IMG/VR virus record: IMGVR_UViG_3300027714_000004
Coordinates: 64,001-128,000 of that record
Reading direction: 5' to 3' (one strand)
Source of the DNA: a virus
DNA length: 64,000 nucleotides
This document shows, in pieces, positions 47,801 through 57,781 of this stretch (the stretch's first letter is position 1; each line of letters opens with the position of its first letter). The position numbers and the translations under genes were made by a program. The notes beneath the pieces are model-generated. The model was not told the DNA's origin, did no database searches, and saw only the letters and a list, made by a program, of their open reading frames with translations.

Positions 47801-48878
47801 CAATACCTATATCGGTAACTATACTGGAGCATACTCTAGAACTATCACTCAAGGTACGACATTCACAGGTAACTATGCGGGTACAGGAACACAGAACTTC
47901 ACGGGTACATATTCTAGATGGACTACGAATAGCTTCACCCGAACCCGATTACATACTATTACCAGAACCAGTTCATACTCAAGAGGCCTTTCCTTCATAG
48001 GGGAGTATACCGGAATGTATACGCGGGATAGTGTGATAACTAGACCATCTACTCTGGACTACAATGGAATTGCAATATTCACAGAGAATTTTGCGGGAGA
48101 ATACACCAGAAATAGTGGTAGTGGATTTACGAAACTCTCTACGTATTCTAGAACAAATAGTTTTCTGGGTAATTATATCGGAAACTTTTCTAGAACAGAA
48201 ACTGGTACTCCAGAGTCTACTAGAAACAGAACCAGTTCATACACAAGGACTGGGGGAGCTAGTTACGAGAGAAATATAGTAGACAGTTATGTGGGTACAT
48301 ACATTGGTAATTACACGGGCGCATCAACTCGCACACCATCCAATACTTCTGAGATTGGTTGGCAGGGAGAGAGGTTCGTTATCGAATTGAGAAGAGGTTC
48401 GGACGCTACTTCTATAGCTGCGGCAAGAGGGACTATACCAGCATTGGATTCAAAGGAGTTTACTCTTATTGATAATGATACTGGTCTATTTGTAGCTATG
48501 TCTCCTCAAGTGTTGCACCATACCGCAACCCAACACGAACTTGTATTTGACTTCTTCACCGAAGGTACGTCAGTGGTTCCTGCTAGAATTTATAGAGGTT
48601 CCTCAATACTAGTTAACTCGTTCAACTTGGTATCTAATCAAAGAAATTCGGTGATGGTGAATGAAGTCCCACCGGAAGGTTCTAATTACATTTACACTCT
48701 GAAGGTGTTCGATGGTTCGAGTTGGGTATTGTCGTCATACTATCAGGTAACTAAAGTAACCGATACTGACTATACACCCCCAACAGATGGCGGTGGCGCC
48801 CCGACTCCGACCTATACTGCTCCCACTCCTGCTTATTATACGGGTGGTACACCCTCACCACCAAGCAACGAAAATTAA
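44832..48878 (+). CDS. Large virion fibre protein with Y/F-x-R/G-x tetrad repeat region
   Basis: MSYGLKI N-terminus; ~780-aa repeat region with a central ~95-aa non-repeat insert. Confidence 0.85.
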   Translation: MSYGLKITGNDDGGNFTVADTDLGMVNLVVTDVGRASSFNLVGGIQPGDYIYVRYPSAPGGGGYTPIQMGEGLSAVQIDRPLIYNIDAVLVAGSPTSDMTINFKGSAWKWLNSPNSYQSDTLYTYNDFVVDMDYFVVRKASTINALGLDTSEDYGFQLLNVDSVSGASEIALDSRSFTSDKTFYIEGYLPPDNNFGEINGNSTTLSYTDGCYVNLEWSARSAVPFFPSFGAAPLLGLSITDTMAYSIDGDTTIVGGGGEPELRIWSSYNAIFAAKLGAGISSSTPPNESGGGTVTPPPTEPNEITGTIDYVSGNTVTEGNTISFNAVTSVSSNYHTRVFRLSGSAGDAGKDFNTVTSPFTGTSHTVTLSTYDTSSGQQTFNNIYSQGYVGTYSRDRVSAYTREVAASYSRTFVGNFIGNYSGTTSYQTDFSSNYNQTVDYTRTISRTESFIGNYSRSRLAVSTRTSIYSRNISYTGNFLGNYAGAYSRTRTKTSSYTRDFSRTDSYTGNYEASRVLYEGGDEVTFPLFFVSYYSRVRPSSFAGTYTRNRADSNSYTGYYSRTSTRTVPASYLGTYSRNRVSTYARSRATSGSQVLTFNGTYTRYFSGAYSRTGYYSGAYTAFYTGNFGQTADYSRFRQVSFTGNYSRNVTSTNTFSRSFTNTTPYSSAYSRTTTGTITDPASTRNVNYSRSFVGDYANTGTFMGNFVGNYLRYFTRNVGYARTTVGYQYLPTPRTYWYEYPHAEQIDEPGGPPAILLRHIVVYVGNVIVATGISSSLNPTTYLLSGGVYYHKGSLNYSSAGDQTYFSIGQSLDGGPPSAGTSYYTRTGYYASSYAGAYARTFAGTGTFSRSRLMEYSRVVPYTLVRTSTYTGYYSRSYTSGAVRTASYTAYYAGTASYTRNRAATYGGNYTGAAVSYIYDPESGQSRVVSPFSSRQRIAYYSGTYTRGLSYSRNRPMSYAGAYTRTSAYSASYVGNYSRTLSDSYSGTYANTYIGNYTGAYSRTITQGTTFTGNYAGTGTQNFTGTYSRWTTNSFTRTRLHTITRTSSYSRGLSFIGEYTGMYTRDSVITRPSTLDYNGIAIFTENFAGEYTRNSGSGFTKLSTYSRTNSFLGNYIGNFSRTETGTPESTRNRTSSYTRTGGASYERNIVDSYVGTYIGNYTGASTRTPSNTSEIGWQGERFVIELRRGSDATSIAAARGTIPALDSKEFTLIDNDTGLFVAMSPQVLHHTATQHELVFDFFTEGTSVVPARIYRGSSILVNSFNLVSNQRNSVMVNEVPPEGSNYIYTLKVFDGSSWVLSSYYQVTKVTDTDYTPPTDGGGAPTPTYTAPTPAYYTGGTPSPPSNEN

Positions 48879-48903
48879 TTTGAAAATCTATTGTTAAAAC
48901 TGT

Positions 48904-48911
48904 TATAAATA
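48904..48911 (+). promoter_or_regulatory. T4 late promoter
   Basis: Intergenic TATAAATA. Confidence 0.8.
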
Positions 48912-48940
48912 GTATAATGAAAAATGTAAGGTAACCCCTG

Positions 48941-49420
48941 ATGAACTTGAAACTTGTAGTATATGTAACAATCGATACTGGAAAGATATCTAGAATCGCA
49001 TTACCCAACCATAATATAGATGCCGAAGGTGTCTCTGAAGATGGAACTTTGCGTATTATCCATATACATGAAGGTAATGTACCTGAAGGATGTAATGATC
49101 TAAGATACTTCCTAGACTATCACTGGTACGACCAAGAGACCGAATCTTTTGAGTTTATCGGACTACCACCTAATCGTCATGCTGAATGGAGTTCTGCGGA
49201 CGGTTGGACTTGGGACGAAGATCTACTGTTGCAAGACATTCTCCTAGAAAGAACCAAATTCTTATTTGCCTCCGATTGGACTCAGGCATTAGACGTTCCC
49301 CTAACAGAATCCAAACTCCAAGAGTGGAGAGACTATAGACAGGCATTGAGAGATCTCTCGACTAATGTCGGAAGTGTGTCTTCAGTGTCAGAAGTTGTTT
49401 GGCCAACAGTACCGAATTAA
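48941..49420 (+). CDS. Tail fibre assembly chaperone-like protein
   Basis: SDWTQ..D.PL...W..YRQALRDL...WP. Confidence 0.85.
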   Translation: MNLKLVVYVTIDTGKISRIALPNHNIDAEGVSEDGTLRIIHIHEGNVPEGCNDLRYFLDYHWYDQETESFEFIGLPPNRHAEWSSADGWTWDEDLLLQDILLERTKFLFASDWTQALDVPLTESKLQEWRDYRQALRDLSTNVGSVSSVSEVVWPTVPN

Positions 49421-49436
49421 ATAATAGGAATATACA

Positions 49437-50765
49437 ATGCTAGCCATCGTAAGACAAACAATGAGATCCCGTTTAGCAAAGGACTTATTACAAAGCGCCC
49501 AAGATATATCAAACCATTACTTTATTGGTATTGGTAAGTCTGACATTTTCAACGAGACCGACACAGTAATTGCTGCTGTCGACACGTCGAATGAAGAGAA
49601 AGAATTCAGAAACAATCTACAATCTGTTAAAAGTCTTGAAGCATCATCATTGGTGATCCCTCGTGTCAATTGGTCTAGTGGTTCATTGTACTCTGCTTGG
49701 TCGGATAAAGAGACTACATACCCATCCTATGTGATGAATGAACAGAAAGAAGTGTACCTTTGTTTGGCACAGGGTGGTACTAAAGATAATCCAAACTTGT
49801 CGACTGTATCTCCAAACTATGGTCTTGTTGGGCCAGATGCTTATCTAACTCCTTTTGTGACTTCTGATAACTATGAGTGGAAATATATGTTTTCGCTATC
49901 ACCAGAACGAGTAGTTAGTTTCCTATCTGCTAACTACATTCCCGTACTGGTATCAGACAAACTACCTGCCGAAGCAGGCCCATTCGAAGATCTATTGATC
50001 GAAGTTCAAGATTCTGCCATTCCAAGACAATTGGTTTCCGTAGAGATTGTTGAAGATGGAACTGGTTATGTCGATGGAGACCTTCCATTAATCATCGATG
50101 GTGATGGAGCAGATGCTGCTGGTACTGTTACTATATTAGGTAATAAGGCAGTTAGAGTTACCATGACTAATCGTGGAACCGACTACAGACATGCGAGTGT
50201 CAGTATTGGCGGTGTAGGAACAGGATGCGTATTAAGAGCTGTTCTATCCGATAGTAATGGACTGGGCAATGATCAGGCAAATGATTTTAAAACAAGTTCA
50301 GTTATGTTCACCATAAAACCAAATGGCGTTGAGGGTGATACTTTTATTGTAGAGAACACTTTCCGTCAAATGGGTTTGTTGAAAGATCTTAACAATTCTG
50401 CTGACGATACTCCGTTCATGGGTACGGGACTCAAAGTACTACCTTATGTAAGATTGACCGCAGCTTCTGGATTTACTTCGGGTAACCAAATTCAAGGTAC
50501 CGATTCAAACGCAGTTGGGTACATTAATGAATCTGTAAACAACAACGTATACTTCCACCAGAATGAAAGTACTGGATTTAAGTCTTTCACTATAGGTGAA
50601 CAAGTCACTGAAATTGGTGGATCTGCTAGTGGTGTCGTCTCTCTTGTATACGCAGACAATGGCGTAGATCGGTTCTCTGGCGAAGTCCTATATATTGAGA
50701 ACAGACACAGAATACAACGTGACGCACAACAACAAGAAGACATTAAGTTAGTAATCACCGTTTAA
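49437..50765 (+). CDS. gp8: Baseplate wedge subunit gp8
   Basis: IPRVNWSSG, VYLCL, DNYEWKYMF; SGEVLYIENR...QQEDIKLVI. Confidence 0.88.
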   Translation: MLAIVRQTMRSRLAKDLLQSAQDISNHYFIGIGKSDIFNETDTVIAAVDTSNEEKEFRNNLQSVKSLEASSLVIPRVNWSSGSLYSAWSDKETTYPSYVMNEQKEVYLCLAQGGTKDNPNLSTVSPNYGLVGPDAYLTPFVTSDNYEWKYMFSLSPERVVSFLSANYIPVLVSDKLPAEAGPFEDLLIEVQDSAIPRQLVSVEIVEDGTGYVDGDLPLIIDGDGADAAGTVTILGNKAVRVTMTNRGTDYRHASVSIGGVGTGCVLRAVLSDSNGLGNDQANDFKTSSVMFTIKPNGVEGDTFIVENTFRQMGLLKDLNNSADDTPFMGTGLKVLPYVRLTAASGFTSGNQIQGTDSNAVGYINESVNNNVYFHQNESTGFKSFTIGEQVTEIGGSASGVVSLVYADNGVDRFSGEVLYIENRHRIQRDAQQQEDIKLVITV

Positions 50766-50780
50766 GGTTTAGGATTAATC

Positions 50781-53700
50781 ATGGCAGAATTTACAAATAA
50801 AACGTTCGAAGAAACATATCGCGATTTTTATAAGGCCGAAGACGGTTATCATAAGGTATTGTTTAACTCCGGACGTGCACTACAAGCACGTGAACTTATC
50901 GAGTCACAGACAATCATCCAAGAAGAGATTGCACGGTTCGGTCGTAACATATTCAAAGAAGGTGCTCTGGTAAATCCAGGCGGCGCCACCGTGAATAACC
51001 AACTAGAATATATTCGTCTAACGGCAGCTGCTGTTATCGATACGGACTTGGTGGGCAAAACGCTAACCAACGGAACTATCGAAATGAAAGTTCTAGAAGT
51101 TGTTGAAGCTGACCTCATTGATCCCGTTACTACTTTGTACGTACAGTACACAGACACATCTCTTATCGTCGATACTACTAAAGCACCTCGTGTATCTTCA
51201 CTAGACATCTTGCTTCGCGTTGATGCTCTGACCACCACGGTTCTTACTGTCATTGATGATAGCAGTGATCCTATTCCTGCATCTGGACTCGGAACTAAAG
51301 CATACTTCTCTGCGGGTGACTTCTTTGTTCAAGGACACTTTGTCTATATGGAAGGTGGTAGTTCTTTCATCGACAAGTATAGCAAATCTCCTACAACTGA
51401 TATTGGTTTCTTAATCGAACAGAATATCATCACTGAAGGTGAAGATGTTGACCTATACGACAATCAGGGTCAGGTTCCTAACCAGACTGCGCCTGGCGCA
51501 CATCGTTATCAGATCAAGTTGGTTCCTACTACTAGAGATCAAGTTCTGGTAGAAGAGAACTTTGTATTCATAGCACGTGTTGTTGACGGTGTCATTACTC
51601 GTGAAGTCAGTACATTCGACGGATACAACCGAATCAATGACCTTCTCGCCCAGCGCACAAAAGAAGAATCTGGTAACTACGTTGTCGATGAGTTCAAAGC
51701 AATCTTTGAAGAGAATGTTCTTGACGATACTCTACTCACCCTAGATGTGACCGAAGGTATCGCTTATGTTGATGGTTACAGACTAGAGATTGGTACGACT
51801 GATATTCCTGTTGATAAAGCAAGAGATCTTATTACCAAAACAAACGAACCAGTACCTGCCGCATATGGTAACTATGTTTATATTGACGAGGCTGCCTCTG
51901 AAGGTTTTGGTCGATTTGACGAGTTCGGTTATGTAAGACTCAAGACTTCTTTAAATAATACCATAGGTTATGCTAACGTACGTGGCGTACAACGAGATGC
52001 AGTTGGTACAAGAGTATATATCTTCAACATCCGTATGAATGACATTTTCGACGGTGGTACTGGTGACAAGATTGGTGTAGAGAGTTTCTCTAATGTTACT
52101 CAGTTTGATGATCCTTTCCCCGGCTATGCTGGTACTCCTCCAGTAACAGTCTTGGTAAATAGTATTATATACGAAGCATCAGATAATAGCTTGTTGTTCC
52201 CTTTACCTAGGACTAGTCCTTCGACAACCCCCTTCACTAGTAACTACACAGTTCAGCGATATACTAGACAGATTGCATCCGGTAGTGGTGAGATTAGTCT
52301 CTCAGGTGTTGAATCTACTGGATGGGTAATTTGTGAGACTGCTGGGCCAATCCTGGCTGTCTCTCCGAGCATATCGGGTACATATACCGGACTAACTCCT
52401 AACCTATCACACGATATTGCTTATTACGTAGAACTCAGTAATGTCCAATCACGTACTAAACAAATTACTACGATAGAGACGGTGACATCTCTTCCAAGTG
52501 TAGACTATCAAAAAAGACCTATATTCACTGGAGAGGTTGATGGTATCGCCCTACAATCTGTTAAGTTCCGAGACAGTGTTGCTACTGCTTGGGTAGATGC
52601 AGAAGACATCACTCACCAGTTCATCTTCGATGGTGGTCAACGTGATAACTTCTATGACCAAGTAGTTGTGTACCTTAAATCAGGATACTTACTCCCTACA
52701 GGAGCAAATCATGAGACACAGGCAATCTTCACTCACTATGATCATCAAGACGACGGAGTGTACTTTTCGTCAAGTTCATATGTAGATGATACATATGAAA
52801 CTATTCCAGACCATACTACTGCAACAGGTACAGTGATTTCTCTACGTGACGTATTGGATTTCCGTCCTACAAGAAAATTTACTTACACCGGAGAGTTTGA
52901 TGTAACCGCAGAACTTCCTCAGAACGCGTCTGCTATCACGATCAACACTATACAATATTATCTATCTCGTATTGACATCCTCGTTGCCAATGCAACTGAT
53001 AGTCGAGGAGAGATCGGATTTGGTGAGCTACAGGTTATTCGAGGGGAATCTAACATAGACCCACGTGAACCCGAAATACCAACGGGTTCTATGGCATTGT
53101 ACAAGTTCCGATTGAATCCATATACCTTTAATTCATCTGATCTCGTAAGCACTTATATTCCAAACAAGCGTTTCACGATGAAAGATATCGGTAAACTGGA
53201 ACGCCGCGTCGAAGACCTATACGAACTGACCACGTTGAGTCTACTAGAGTCTAACACTAACTCATTGACTGTATTGGATGCCAATGGTAATGCAAGAACC
53301 AAAGCTGGTTTCATCGCAGATAACTTTAGCACATTCACTTTTTCTGATATTGATAATCCGCAATACCGAGCATCTATAGATCCACAGGGTCTATTGAAAC
53401 CGTCATTCCGTGAAAACTCAGTTCGACTGGCGTACAGTACCGACAATGTTAATGCTGTTGAGAAACATGGTGACCTAGTAACCCTACCATATTCGGATGC
53501 TCCTCTGGTATCACAGTTGCTTGCGACCGATACTATGAATGTAAATCCATTTGCGGTTCTTACACAAACTGGACACATGGATCTTTCTCCATCTTCGGAT
53601 GAGTGGGTAGAGACACGTAACCTACCAAATGTTATGCAAACTACGGTACGTCGATTCGAGACTCCACGTACACGTCCTGCTTTAAGGAATAATAGAAATA

Positions 53701-56093
53701 GTAACAACTTCACAAACGATGGTCTGTTTACTACGATATCCAGAGACATTTCGTTCAGAGAGACAAACCTCAGTATCCAAGACTTCATTGGCGAACAGAT
53801 ATTGGACGTTGAGATTATCCCGTTCATGAGATCTCGTGTAGTTAACTTTGCGGCCAAAGGACTACGTCCAAACACTAAGATGTTCGCATTCTTAGGTAAT
53901 AAGGACATGAGTTCATGGGTAAGACAAGAAACCTCTTCATCTAGATTCTCGGATAACCCCCAAGAGTTCGGTAGTCAGTATGCGAACGCAACTGAATATC
54001 CTGCTGTATTTGGTGGCCCAACTCTTCTAGTGACAGATGCCAACGGTGAATTATCAGGTAGTTTCTTCGTACCTAATACAACCGCCATTAACTTCCGAAC
54101 TGGTAAGCAAGAGTTTAAACTCCTTGACATTAGTGTTAATGACAATGATGAATCAACATCGTTGACTCGTGCAACCTATACCTCTACAGGTTCAATTGAG
54201 GGTGTACAGCGAACTGTACGTTCCACACGACTTGTTGATCTCCGTGCTGGTAGATTAGATCCTCTTGCACAGACATTCTTTGTCGACCAAATAGAGAACC
54301 CTAACGGACTGTTTATAACTAAGGCACGTGTCTTTGTAGATACTAAAGATGACACTATCCCTTTACAGGTACAGATTCGTTCGGTAGAGAACGGTATACC
54401 GACCACACGTATCATTCCAGGCTCAGTTAAGTTCATCGATCCTAGTTCAATATCAATCCCAACTAACAGTGTTAGTGGTGATGGAACAAGCGTTGCGACT
54501 ACAATTGAAGATGTTCAGGCATCTCCGACAATAGTTGAATTTGACGAACCAATTTACTTGACAAGTGGCGAAGAATATGCGATAATACTACTCGCTGAGT
54601 CGGAGCAGTATAACGTATACATTGCTGAGACTTATCAGAATGTATTCGGTTCACGTGAAGATAGAATAACAAAACAACCTACTCTAGGTTCTCTATTCTT
54701 ATCACAGAACGGATTCACTTGGACACCAGACCAAACTAAAGACTTAATGTTCGAATTAGATCGTGCAGAGTTTGTTGCTTCAGGTGATCTAATTCTTGAC
54801 AATTCTCCGTTACCGAAAGTTACTCTAGGAAGTGATCCACTCGAAACTACTTCTGGTAGTCCAACAGTCAGAGTATACCACGAAGGTCATGGTCTAAGTC
54901 ACAATGATAGTGTTTCTATCGCAGACGTAGCCAATGCAATCGGTGGACTAGCTTCTTCGGTATTCGAAGGTACCTTTACCGTATCTACCCCATCATGGGA
55001 TGGTTATAACATCACTGTTGCATCTAACGCAACTTCATCAGCAAAAGGTGGTGGTGATGATGTAACACTTTCTCAACAAGTAGTGTATGATGATTTCGTA
55101 CCACAGATACAGACTATTGTACCTAACTCCACAAGCATTACTGCGAAGTTGTTACAACCAACCGTCTCGTCTTATGGCAGTACTCGATCAACTACGCGGT
55201 TTTTATATGGTTTACCTGCTGGATGGTCATTCGCAAAGTCAGTCTTCTTGAACAACTACAACTCTAATGTATCACCGAGTGTTGTTGCATCGTCAGAGAA
55301 CGCTGGTGGTTCAGAGACTATGAAGTTTAACTTGAGTATGTCTACAGACGATACCAAGGTCTCTCCGGTAGTTGATCTTCAACGAGTATCTGTATTAGCT
55401 CTAGAGAATGTCATTGACACTATCGATGCTGCACAACATATTACAGTACCTGTTATCATAGATGAATCTTCGGCGGGGGTGAAAGTTATATTTTCCGCTA
55501 ATCGACCATCAACTGCCAACTTCGAAGTGTATATGAAATCCGCAGTAAACGAAGATGCATTGGTCTCAACAGACGACGATGGTGTATTTACAACAGAATG
55601 GGTACAAGCTAGTATAGACAAAGAATTACCTTCGGACGATAACCCAGAAACTTTCCGTGACTACGAATATACACTTGACACAAACCAGTTCACTGCGTTC
55701 CAAGTTAAGATTGTAATGCACTCTACTAACAGTTCTAAGTCTCCGGTCATAAGAGACTTACGTGCTATTGCATTGATAACAGGTAGTGGTGGAACTATTG
55801 GAGATCCTGCTCCACTCCAGAGTTTAAGTCTAGCTCCGCAGAATACCGCATTAGGAACTACTGTAGCTGATCCTGCTATTGATCCTGCTATTGATCCAGT
55901 AGTTGATCCAGTAGTCGATCCAGTAGTCGATCCAGTAGTCGATCCAGTAGTCGATCCAGTAGTCGATCCAGTCGATACTGGAACAACCCCTGACGGCGGT
56001 GGAGACTCTGGTGATGATGGAGAGGGGGAAACTCCTATTGAGGATGAAGGACTACCCACAGACCCCGTTAGCGGAGACCTAAACCCAGATTAA
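50781..56093 (+). CDS. Large virion structural protein (VrlC/DUF4815-like)
   Basis: VLFNSGRALQAREL, APGAHRY, RT.EESGNY, D.GQRDNFY, DFRP, RFTMKDIG.LE.R, DPLAQTF. Confidence 0.88.
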   Translation: MAEFTNKTFEETYRDFYKAEDGYHKVLFNSGRALQARELIESQTIIQEEIARFGRNIFKEGALVNPGGATVNNQLEYIRLTAAAVIDTDLVGKTLTNGTIEMKVLEVVEADLIDPVTTLYVQYTDTSLIVDTTKAPRVSSLDILLRVDALTTTVLTVIDDSSDPIPASGLGTKAYFSAGDFFVQGHFVYMEGGSSFIDKYSKSPTTDIGFLIEQNIITEGEDVDLYDNQGQVPNQTAPGAHRYQIKLVPTTRDQVLVEENFVFIARVVDGVITREVSTFDGYNRINDLLAQRTKEESGNYVVDEFKAIFEENVLDDTLLTLDVTEGIAYVDGYRLEIGTTDIPVDKARDLITKTNEPVPAAYGNYVYIDEAASEGFGRFDEFGYVRLKTSLNNTIGYANVRGVQRDAVGTRVYIFNIRMNDIFDGGTGDKIGVESFSNVTQFDDPFPGYAGTPPVTVLVNSIIYEASDNSLLFPLPRTSPSTTPFTSNYTVQRYTRQIASGSGEISLSGVESTGWVICETAGPILAVSPSISGTYTGLTPNLSHDIAYYVELSNVQSRTKQITTIETVTSLPSVDYQKRPIFTGEVDGIALQSVKFRDSVATAWVDAEDITHQFIFDGGQRDNFYDQVVVYLKSGYLLPTGANHETQAIFTHYDHQDDGVYFSSSSYVDDTYETIPDHTTATGTVISLRDVLDFRPTRKFTYTGEFDVTAELPQNASAITINTIQYYLSRIDILVANATDSRGEIGFGELQVIRGESNIDPREPEIPTGSMALYKFRLNPYTFNSSDLVSTYIPNKRFTMKDIGKLERRVEDLYELTTLSLLESNTNSLTVLDANGNARTKAGFIADNFSTFTFSDIDNPQYRASIDPQGLLKPSFRENSVRLAYSTDNVNAVEKHGDLVTLPYSDAPLVSQLLATDTMNVNPFAVLTQTGHMDLSPSSDEWVETRNLPNVMQTTVRRFETPRTRPALRNNRNSNNFTNDGLFTTISRDISFRETNLSIQDFIGEQILDVEIIPFMRSRVVNFAAKGLRPNTKMFAFLGNKDMSSWVRQETSSSRFSDNPQEFGSQYANATEYPAVFGGPTLLVTDANGELSGSFFVPNTTAINFRTGKQEFKLLDISVNDNDESTSLTRATYTSTGSIEGVQRTVRSTRLVDLRAGRLDPLAQTFFVDQIENPNGLFITKARVFVDTKDDTIPLQVQIRSVENGIPTTRIIPGSVKFIDPSSISIPTNSVSGDGTSVATTIEDVQASPTIVEFDEPIYLTSGEEYAIILLAESEQYNVYIAETYQNVFGSREDRITKQPTLGSLFLSQNGFTWTPDQTKDLMFELDRAEFVASGDLILDNSPLPKVTLGSDPLETTSGSPTVRVYHEGHGLSHNDSVSIADVANAIGGLASSVFEGTFTVSTPSWDGYNITVASNATSSAKGGGDDVTLSQQVVYDDFVPQIQTIVPNSTSITAKLLQPTVSSYGSTRSTTRFLYGLPAGWSFAKSVFLNNYNSNVSPSVVASSENAGGSETMKFNLSMSTDDTKVSPVVDLQRVSVLALENVIDTIDAAQHITVPVIIDESSAGVKVIFSANRPSTANFEVYMKSAVNEDALVSTDDDGVFTTEWVQASIDKELPSDDNPETFRDYEYTLDTNQFTAFQVKIVMHSTNSSKSPVIRDLRAIALITGSGGTIGDPAPLQSLSLAPQNTALGTTVADPAIDPAIDPVVDPVVDPVVDPVVDPVVDPVVDPVDTGTTPDGGGDSGDDGEGETPIEDEGLPTDPVSGDLNPD
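55869..55976 (+). repeat. 12-bp tandem repeat encoding (DPAI)2(DPVV)n
   Basis: GATCCTGCTATT x2, then GATCCAGTAGT(T/C) x6. Confidence 0.95.
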
Positions 56094-56096
56094 ACT

Positions 56097-56336
56097 ATGA
56101 ATAATCATCAAAGAGTAGAAGGTCATAACAACTTAGTACGGGATAGGCGAACTGGTGTTGTCCTAAATAACAATAAGACTGAAATCGAAAACGCAAGAAA
56201 ACTAAGTATAATACAACAAGAAAAAGAGGATCATATCAACACTCTTACTAATGAGATAGACTCACTAAGAACAGATATGGATCAAATAAAAGAATTGCTT
56301 TTTCGTTTAGTAAAGGATAAAGAAGATGGCAGATAA
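56097..56336 (+). CDS. Conserved small coiled-coil protein that follows VrlC-like genes
   Basis: VEGHNNLVRD..TG.VLN; heptad C-terminus. Confidence 0.8.
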   Translation: MNNHQRVEGHNNLVRDRRTGVVLNNNKTEIENARKLSIIQQEKEDHINTLTNEIDSLRTDMDQIKELLFRLVKDKEDGR

Positions 56337-57405
56337 TATACAAGTAGTACATCTCGCAGATAACATCAATGCGGCATTCGATAAGATCAATGAGAACTTT
56401 GAATTGGTTGCGACAGGTGCCTTTGGTGGGGGTGGTGATAGTAGTAGTACAGATTACTCCGATCTAGAAGCTGGCATTCTAGCAAACGCAACTGCGATCA
56501 CTGGGATAGGGACAAGTATCACCAATATAGGTGGGAACATTAGTATTGTTTCCTCTCAGTACACTGACTTGAGTGCTACCGTTGGCGGTCTGGTATTTGG
56601 TGGAATTGATTCCGGTGTTCTTACTAGTGCGATTGCTACTGCCAACACTCAACTCGTTGCACGAATAGATGCCACTGAGAACAGTATCTCTGTATTGTCT
56701 GGAGACTACACTAACCTAAATGTGTCATTGAATCAAATTCTCTCGGATGGTATTACCCTTACTCCAGAACAGGTAACCTCAGCCGTTGGTGGTGCTCTAG
56801 AAGCACTGACTACACGTATAAATCTAGATAGTGATAGGCTAGTGATCGAAGGACAAAAGATTGTAAATCTTACCGCAGAAGTATTTACTGTTGATGCTGG
56901 TGGTAATACAGTTAACGCAATTAGTAATGCTACTAATCTTCTGCAACAGTCTATCAACATTGTCAACGGAAGAATATATGCAGCAGACGCAATAATGAAG
57001 ACCGAATTAGAAACTAAGATCGGTACTGACATTGCGACTGCGTCTTCAACTCTACAGACTCAGATCAATAACTTGGGTGGAACAACTGCAACATGGAATC
57101 TTGACCTAGTTGCTGGTACAGAGTCCAACCCACACATTGCTGGTATAAAGTTCGGTAATGACGGTGCAACCGCAGATTTCGCGTTGACCGCAGACACCTT
57201 CCGAATTGTAAATGCTACTAATAATGAGATTCAACCATTCACTGTTTCTGGTAATGAAGTCCAATTGTCAAATGCAACAGTTACGGGAAATCTAAATATA
57301 GGTTCAAACCTCAGTGGTGCGCATACCGAAATTAAAGATGATGTCATCAAGGTGTTTGACCCAACTGGACAACTACGAGTTAAACTAGGCAACTTGGCCG
57401 GATAA
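56326..57405 (+). CDS. Second tail fibre-like protein (paralogue of 42308-44500)
   Basis: KINENFE anchor; coiled coil; AG..F...AD.F...PF.V; C-terminal LRVKLGNL. Confidence 0.75.
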   Translation: MADNIQVVHLADNINAAFDKINENFELVATGAFGGGGDSSSTDYSDLEAGILANATAITGIGTSITNIGGNISIVSSQYTDLSATVGGLVFGGIDSGVLTSAIATANTQLVARIDATENSISVLSGDYTNLNVSLNQILSDGITLTPEQVTSAVGGALEALTTRINLDSDRLVIEGQKIVNLTAEVFTVDAGGNTVNAISNATNLLQQSINIVNGRIYAADAIMKTELETKIGTDIATASSTLQTQINNLGGTTATWNLDLVAGTESNPHIAGIKFGNDGATADFALTADTFRIVNATNNEIQPFTVSGNEVQLSNATVTGNLNIGSNLSGAHTEIKDDVIKVFDPTGQLRVKLGNLAG

Positions 57406-57406
57406 T

Positions 57407-57781
57407 ATGAGTTATGGATTAGAAATACGCAATTCGTCAGGGACTGTTATAGTCAACGAATTTAGCAATCTAGGGTCTCTTGTGGCACATGGTGTCATTT
57501 CAGCAGACAATGCTAAATACGATTCCGCGGCTGCCGCTAATCCTAATTGGGCATTAAATCCTATCTGGTTTGCTCCTGCTTGGTTCGCTTATGGTGAACG
57601 TGCTGCTATAACTATAAGTGTTCCTGATTATATAAATGATGCTCAGTATCATGCAATCGTCTCAGGCCCGTCATCTTTATTTGTTTCGGGAGCAGAAGTT
57701 ATAAGTACGTCCACTGGTAGTATAACCGTTAAAAGAAATGATAAATTTGATGCATATTTTTATATTGTGAGAAAGGGATGA
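57407..57781 (+). CDS. Small fibre-module protein (MSYGLEI type)
   Basis: N-terminal motif shared with 44518-44832. Confidence 0.75.
   Translation: MSYGLEIRNSSGTVIVNEFSNLGSLVAHGVISADNAKYDSAAAANPNWALNPIWFAPAWFAYGERAAITISVPDYINDAQYHAIVSGPSSLFVSGAEVISTSTGSITVKRNDKFDAYFYIVRKG

Noticed and set aside
45981-48335. Diversity-generating retroelement target or template repeat
   Set aside because: No reverse transcriptase in the window and no near-identical repeat pair differing at adenines was seen.
53153-53908. Long antisense ORFs (this one, 42691-43497, 38486-38914, 30754-31200 and others)
   Set aside because: They lie opposite well-supported genes, lack RBS and motifs, and are expected from codon bias.
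55869-55976. CRISPR or iteron array
   Set aside because: Spacer-less, in-frame 12-bp coding repeat.
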